NCBI GenBank assembly: GCA_951406725.2
Contig: OX597815.1
Location: forward strand, 87,234,001 to 87,298,000
Direction: 5' to 3'
Source: Octopus vulgaris
Taxonomy: Eukaryota
Length of the DNA: 64,000 bases
Shown: positions 57,427 through 64,000 of the stretch, in pieces
Layout of the letters: each line of letters opens with the position of its first letter
Position numbering within the stretch: the stretch's first letter is position 1
The notes under the pieces: generated by a model
The model's database searches: none
Told to the model about the DNA's origin: nothing
The model's input: the letters and a program-made list of their open reading frames with translations, nothing else
Position numbers and translations under genes: made by a program

Positions 57427-59649
57427 TTAACACTATGTTTCTATATAGTTCTTTCATAACACAAATTTGTTTTTAGTATATGTGATATTGTTATGTAGTC
57501 TCAGACCAAAACAAACAACTTTATGGAACATTTATAGTTGGCCACATAAGTGTGATTCATGGATCACATGTTTTTGTCAAGCTAGAACAACACTGCACCT
57601 GCAACATGCAATGGTTAATTGTATGAAGTGCAGTGTGGCAATCAGGGTATGATACATTTTCTTTACTAATGTGTCTGTTTCTGGACACCAGTAGGTTTTG
57701 ATAGTACTGACAACAAAAACAAGTCAGGTGGATACGAATATGCCTATGGGCAAGAAGATAGTCAAATATATGAAAGGACAGACTTGTCCAAAATTCTGGA
57801 TGCTTCACTTTAGACTGAAAGTTTATCACAATTATCAAACAGTAACAAACAGATGACACCAACCTTTATTATTAATAATCTTTGCACATGCCAATTGTTC
57901 TAATCATATTTATTTTCACACTACACAAAGTTCAAATCCTTAAAAGACCACTTTTGTTCACTAATCTTAATCATTTCCTCTACTCTTCTAAGGCTTTCAT
58001 AAGATGTGATCTTACTTCACAATCAAAATAAAATAAGATTTAAATAAATGGGATAAAATATAAGAAACATTCACTGTTTTCTGTGAAGATACATATATAA
58101 AACAATAGATGTTAGCAGTAGTGAAGTAATCTGTTAAAACATTAAAAAACATTGTTTTAATTTGAATATATGTAGGTTGCAGTCTGCAAGAAAATGCAGG
58201 AAGTTGCAGTAATCCAGAAAATTGACATTCTGAGGGGGAAGAATCAGGAAGTTGGTTATTGTAGGGCTTGAGCAAAGCTTTAAACACAGATTTACCACAG
58301 AGAATGAGCTCATGTCATGTATTTTTCAAAGATATTAGTGGCATTAGCATAAAGTAATGAAGTGTCTTCAATTTAAAATCAAAGGTTCATAAATTCCGCA
58401 CACCATAAACTTTTTTGTTTTACAGCCTTTGCAAACAGTTATTTAGAGGCAAAGGTCTTAAATTTATAGAGAACAATATAGGAGATGAGCTGACATGTTT
58501 TTCAAGAAACCTGTGCTCACAAATATTGAAGACAAAATGATAAAAGCTGAAGAAATAAAAGTTGCTGAATCAGCTAGCCAGGAGTTTACTAGAGCATCAA
58601 AAAATTAGCCAAGACTCTTAAAAATATCAAAAGATTTTATTTTTAATGAGAGAAGACAATAAATAATGGCATCAAGGTTTAGAATCACAAATTTCTAAAT
58701 CTAAAAATAAAAATTATACAAGATATTTAAGTCATTCCTTTTCAAAAAAATTAAAAGAACTTGTTGCTTATCAAACAGGTTAGAAATATTTACCTTTCAT
58801 TTCCAATAACTTTCCCTCATGAAAATGTTTTAAATGTGTTAAATAAATCCAAAAATCCATTTAATTATCAACCAAGAGAATTTGGTGACATCTTTTTCTT
58901 ATCCTTTCCAAAAGACTTTTTTCCCATTTATTTTGTATATTTTTGCTTGTTTTATTTTGGTTCCAACTTCTTGTATTGTGAAATTAAAGCAATGAAGCAA
59001 TTATAAAATACAGAGGACTTCTGTAATTGTGAAGATCAAATTTCTGTGTGGCTCTGACTCAACTATTCTCACTACTAAGAGAAATAAAGGTGGGGGGAGG
59101 GGGAATAGGTTCAGCTCCAAGTGCAATATATGACATCATTACAACAATTCGTAATAGACATGTAAGCATTTTCATTACTCCCTAAAGTAGGAACATATTT
59201 CAAAAGTCAAGTACTGGCTACTGAGAAAATAAAAATCACCCCCTCCTATTTTATACTCATTCCCCCTTTCCTTCTTTATTCTCCAGTTCCTGCCAAACCG
59301 TCCAACCCATGCTAGTATAGAAAACGGACATTAAATGATGATGACATTTCTAACATATCCATTGCTGTATACAACTATGCATAAGAAACAGAGGAAGACA
59401 AAGAGATAATAGGAGGAGAGACAGAGACAGAATATAACAAATGTATTTGTTGGTAAAATTTAATTTGTAACAGATACAGCATATTTTCATTAATATACTT
59501 TCATATATTATATTCACACCGGCAGGGGTAATGAGGAAAGAAGAATTGAATTTAAATTATTACAGATACCATTTATTTTGTTTGTTGATTTTTACCCTTT
59601 GCTTAGTGTATTGGCAGTGACCATTCCAAATTAAACAAAATTAAGCATT

Positions 59650-59968
59650 TATGGCACTTGTGCCGGTGAACATGAAAAACATTTGAGCAAGATCATTACC
59701 AGTGCCGCTGGACTGGCTCCTGTGCAGGTGGCACATAAAAAACACCACTTGAGCGTGGCTGTTGCCAGTACCGCCTGGCAAGCCCAATTGCTGGTGGCAC
59801 GTAAAAGCACCCACTGCACTCTCGGAGTGGTTGGTGTTAGGAAGGGCATCCAGCTGTAGAAACTCTGCCAGATCAGATTGGAGCTGGTGCAGCCATCTGG
59901 TTCACCAGTCCTCAGTCAAATCGTCCAACCCATGCTAGCATGGAAAGCGGACGTTAAACGATGATGAA
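59650..59968 (+). mobile_element. Young family C SINE
   Basis: CpG-rich, well-preserved copy ending ccaacccatgctagcatggaaagcggacgttaaacgatgatga. A short 3'-tail copy also lies at about 59283-59345. Confidence 0.85.
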
Positions 59969-60480
59969 CATCACATTCAACAATAACGTATGTGACCAGT
60001 AAAAGAACTTTGAAATATTTGATGCAGATATTTCGGCTTTCCTGAAATGTTGGAAGACCAACTGATATTTAAGACAAGAGATTTCATTCTCTTGGTTTCA
60101 CTTCCAAAAATCTGATAACTATCTAAGTTAAACAACGGAGTGAAGTATAGTTCATGACTATTATAAAGTGACTTTTGTTTATTTTGAAATTATTAACAAT
60201 GTACTTGTGCATAATAATTCTAATTGTCATCATAACATAGCAGTGAGTAGGAGGTGATAAAATGGGATGGACAGTATGGTTTAAGAGGATAAGGATATAT
60301 GCATATGGATACAGAATAACCACTGATTATAGAGTTATACCATGTTTAAGCTAGGTCAAGAGTTATAACACATAAAACAGTTAGAAATCCTCTTTAAAGT
60401 ATATAGTCATATTGTTTTACACTTAGTTGCCAACTAAGTGTCAGGTCATGGTGTAATTTTTTTATTTTTTTAAGTCATCA

Positions 60481-60651
<171 letters not shown>

Positions 60652-61117
60652 TTAGAAAAGCATAAATCATATGGCAAATATTTCTTTATTAAAATATAAA
60701 CACAACCGCTAATGTTATCAACATCATCATCAGGTAAAATATACTAAATGTGACCTGCTGTTTTTCCTGAATAGGAAATGTTTGAATGCAGAAATGTAAA
60801 ACAGAATGTGGCGTTTATCAATTTTCCAATAATATTAGCAACCTAAACAAAAATACTTTTAGTTTTTCTGTTTTATTATTCATCAGTAGCTCCTATTTTG
60901 ACTCAACTGGTTTTAAGTTTTACACAAATCTTGATCAGAAATACTCATTGTATAAAAATTATGTAAATTATCACAGACAAACTTGCTTTAATTGGAAACA
61001 GATAAGAGTTTGCGACAGGAAGGACATCTAGCCATAAAAAAAATATACCTCATCAAATTATGACCAACTCATGCAAATATGAAAACCATTTATATAGTCT
61101 ACAAGTATTTCATAAAA

Positions 61118-61445
61118 GATCGACTTTGCCTTTCACCCTTTCAGGATCAAGAAAATAAAGAAGCAGTTGTGCTCTGGGATTGATGTAATTGACTTGCCTC
61201 CTCCTTTAAACTTCAGATCTTGTGTCTATAGTAGAAAGGATTACTGTTGCCATTATTAAAGTGGCAAGCTGGGAGAACTGTTAGTGCATTGAACAAAATA
61301 CTTAGTGACATTTCTTCCAGCTCTTACAACGTTGGCTTTCATCCTTTCAGATTTGATAAAATAAAGTAACACTTGAGCACTGGAGTAAATGTAATCTATT
61401 TACCCCTAAAATCACTGGCCTTGGGTCAAAATTTACCATTATGTT
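61118..61445 (+). mobile_element. Two family B SINE fragments
   Basis: gatcgactttgcctttcaccctttcagg...gtagaaaggatt, then gtggcaagctgggagaactgttagtgc... Confidence 0.65.
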
Positions 61446-62707
61446 ACTGTCAGAACTGGACAGTGGGCATCTACTGGAAAGCCACTTCTATCTGTACTCC
61501 CTTACAGATATCAGTTTATCAAGTTATCAAACCTGGTTCAAAAACATTCAGCAAGTGGACTCAGGGTCGAAGGTAACCAAGGGCAAAAACAGTGATATCA
61601 AATTACATGACAGACAAAAGCTAAGATGCAGAGAATATACTGATGGGATAGTATGACATCATCAAGCTAACACCATCAAACTTTAAAAAACTTTATACTG
61701 CAAATATTAACCCTGGTTATTTGAAAAAGTGACAATTTATTAGACCTATTTTATGAAGCAATGAATAAAAAATATTTTTTTTTAAATTGCAGATCAATAA
61801 CAATTATTAAAACTACTTTTTGTTTCCTCTTGAGACAAGCATCAACTATGAATTCATGCAGGGCATCAATCCCCTTTGGCCAAATCTCATTCGAATTAAA
61901 CTAGTCTTTAAAAAAAAAGGACAAACTGGATAATGTTCTACTGCCTGAAAAAGATATGATCAAGACATGGTTGGAATATTTTCGATGAGGGCTGGTCTTG
62001 AGCTTGACAACAACTATCACAACATAGAAATGGTTTCGAAATTTCATCTATGAGACAAGAAACTAGTTGACAAAAGGGGAGATAACTCAATAATTCCTAA
62101 CGATGTGCAAGACAAACAGCATGTGCCTTAGTAGAAATAGTTCTTTAAAAAAAATCAGTTCACTTTTTTTTTCTCCACCCCCACCCCCCACTTTATTGAT
62201 CCTTAAAAGCATGTGTTCTTTGTTGCTGTGTATTCCAGATGACAAAGATCACAATTAGTGCCAATATCTATCCAACCCATTCCATCCTAGCATGGCAATG
62301 GTATCCTCATCATTACTGTTTTGTTTGTTTTCCATACTACCAAGAGTTGGATAAAAGTTCATATCTGAATGGTATTGACTAACTTTTGAAGTTGTTGTTT
62401 AGCACTGACCAAATTAACTGATGCATAAAACAACTACATTTTACAATACAGTGGCGTAATTATACTGCTAGTCACTGTGGAGATCACAAGGCTTGATAAG
62501 TTTGTAGACAATTTGTGAGAGGAAACATGTTGCCCTTAAGGCTTTTTTGTTTACCTAATATGTACTGCAATTCAAAAGCAAGATGAGAATGTTATACTTA
62601 AAAGGACTACATAATCCAAGTATTGTTCTCCTTTTTTCCAAATTATAAGGAGGAATTTGGAGATTTGGCAGCCACTGGTAGCAAGTTTAGTGACCACAAT
62701 CATATTT

Positions 62708-63030
62708 CATCAGTTTGACTGGCTAGGGTGTTGCAGTCACGATCATGACAGCACTTAATTTTTTTTTTTCAAGCTTGATACTTATTCTACCAGTCTCTTT
62801 TGCAGAATTGCTAAGTTATGGGGACATAAACACACCAACACCAGTTATCAAGGGGGTGGGGGAAGCAAACACAAAACCACACACATATGTACAGAACAAG
62901 TTTCTTTCAGTCTCCATCTACCAAATCCACTCAAGGCTTTGGTTAGCCTGAGGTTACAATAGAAGACATTTATCTATATCATGCAGTGAGACTGAACCCA
63001 GAACCATGTGGTTAGGAAACAAACTTTCTA
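62708..63030 (-). mobile_element. Family A SINE
   Basis: ctaagttatggggacataaacacaccaacacc...tccatctaccaaatccactcaaggc...actgaacccagaaccatgtgg. Another fragment lies at about 63375-63530. Confidence 0.75.
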
Positions 63031-64000
63031 CCTCCTTAGACAGAATCAGCAGTCACAGAAGGAGAGAGAGTCTTTCATTTTACAACTTTTAAATTGAATA
63101 GCAGTACAGAGTAAGTGAACTTAAAGAAGGAAATGTTTCCTGCCACTAAGAGCCTACAACTACAAGCTTCTCACAGTGTAGCCTTCTGGCCTCTACAACA
63201 ATAGCTAGCAGTATAATAATGCTTATTTTAGCTTATTTTATGCATATCACAAAGCTTTATAGAAAGGGAAACTTACTAAAGAGAGAGAGAGGGGGATGTG
63301 TGTGAGTGTGAGCACACATACATGGACAAAAGAGCAAGTACATACAAACACCCACATCATAATTACAGCCCACCAGATGGCCTTCCACATAGTTTTCATC
63401 TACTCCAATTTCACTCACAAAGCTTGGGTTGATCTGAGGCTATCACAGAAGACATTTATCAAACATGCTAAGCACTGGGATTGAACCAGGAACCCTGTGA
63501 TTGTGAAGCAAACTTCTTAATGACATAACCTTGTTACCCAGTCATATGTTGACTATGCTTGAAGATTATATCATGAGTAAAAAAGCATGTGGAATACTCA
63601 GCCACTTACACTAAACTTTATCAGGTGGGTAGTTCCATTAATCATAACCACTGGAAACTTATTTGTCAAAATCAACAGCATCAGAGTCCATATATAGAAT
63701 AATGTTTAATCATTTCCTCCTTTTTACACTTTATTTCATATTCAAGGAATCTTGCATGCAGTAGTTACTCATGTTATAAAGTGGGAGATAAACAAAACTA
63801 ACATTCCTTGACACAGTCCTCAACACACTGACAAAGCACACAAACTATGAAGGTAACTGTAGTTAACCATTAAACAATTTCAAATCCAGTAATGATGGCT
63901 TTATCAACTAAGTCATTCCCATGATCTCCTTCTCATGATGTTCATTCAGAAAATGAAGCTGAGGCCTTAAAATATAGGTGGGCTAAGGAAAATGTTTTGT

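Overview
AT-rich, microsatellite-dense animal genomic DNA. The SINE families and (AAT)n/(TA)n/(CA)n landscape look like an octopod cephalopod (Octopus-like); this is an inference from repeat style, not a database match. The window lies inside one large minus-strand gene, an SLK/STK10 (LOK/Slik) family STE20 kinase. Eight GT-AG, phase-consistent exons (60625 down to 34434) encode kinase subdomains VIII-XI, an acidic/Ser-rich linker and the start of the conserved C-terminal region. The N-terminal kinase exons and the coiled-coil exons were not found and probably lie outside the window. Introns are filled with SINEs, RTE-like LINE fossils, Tigger/pogo and Helitron fossils, hAT- and piggyBac-type MITEs and simple repeats. 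Most ORFs in the supplied track are microsatellite artefacts. Main points of interest: (1) an intronic, CpG-rich 233-codon exon (7396-8096) with promoter-like upstream sequence and a phase-2 donor matching the SLK frame, a candidate kinase-less isoform; (2) a perfect 198-bp-arm fold-back palindrome centred on a retroposon 3' tail (36077-36485); (3) a consensus recursive-splice (AG|GTAAGT) site at 30022/30023; (4) three near-perfect short direct duplications, each offset about 1.2 kb.
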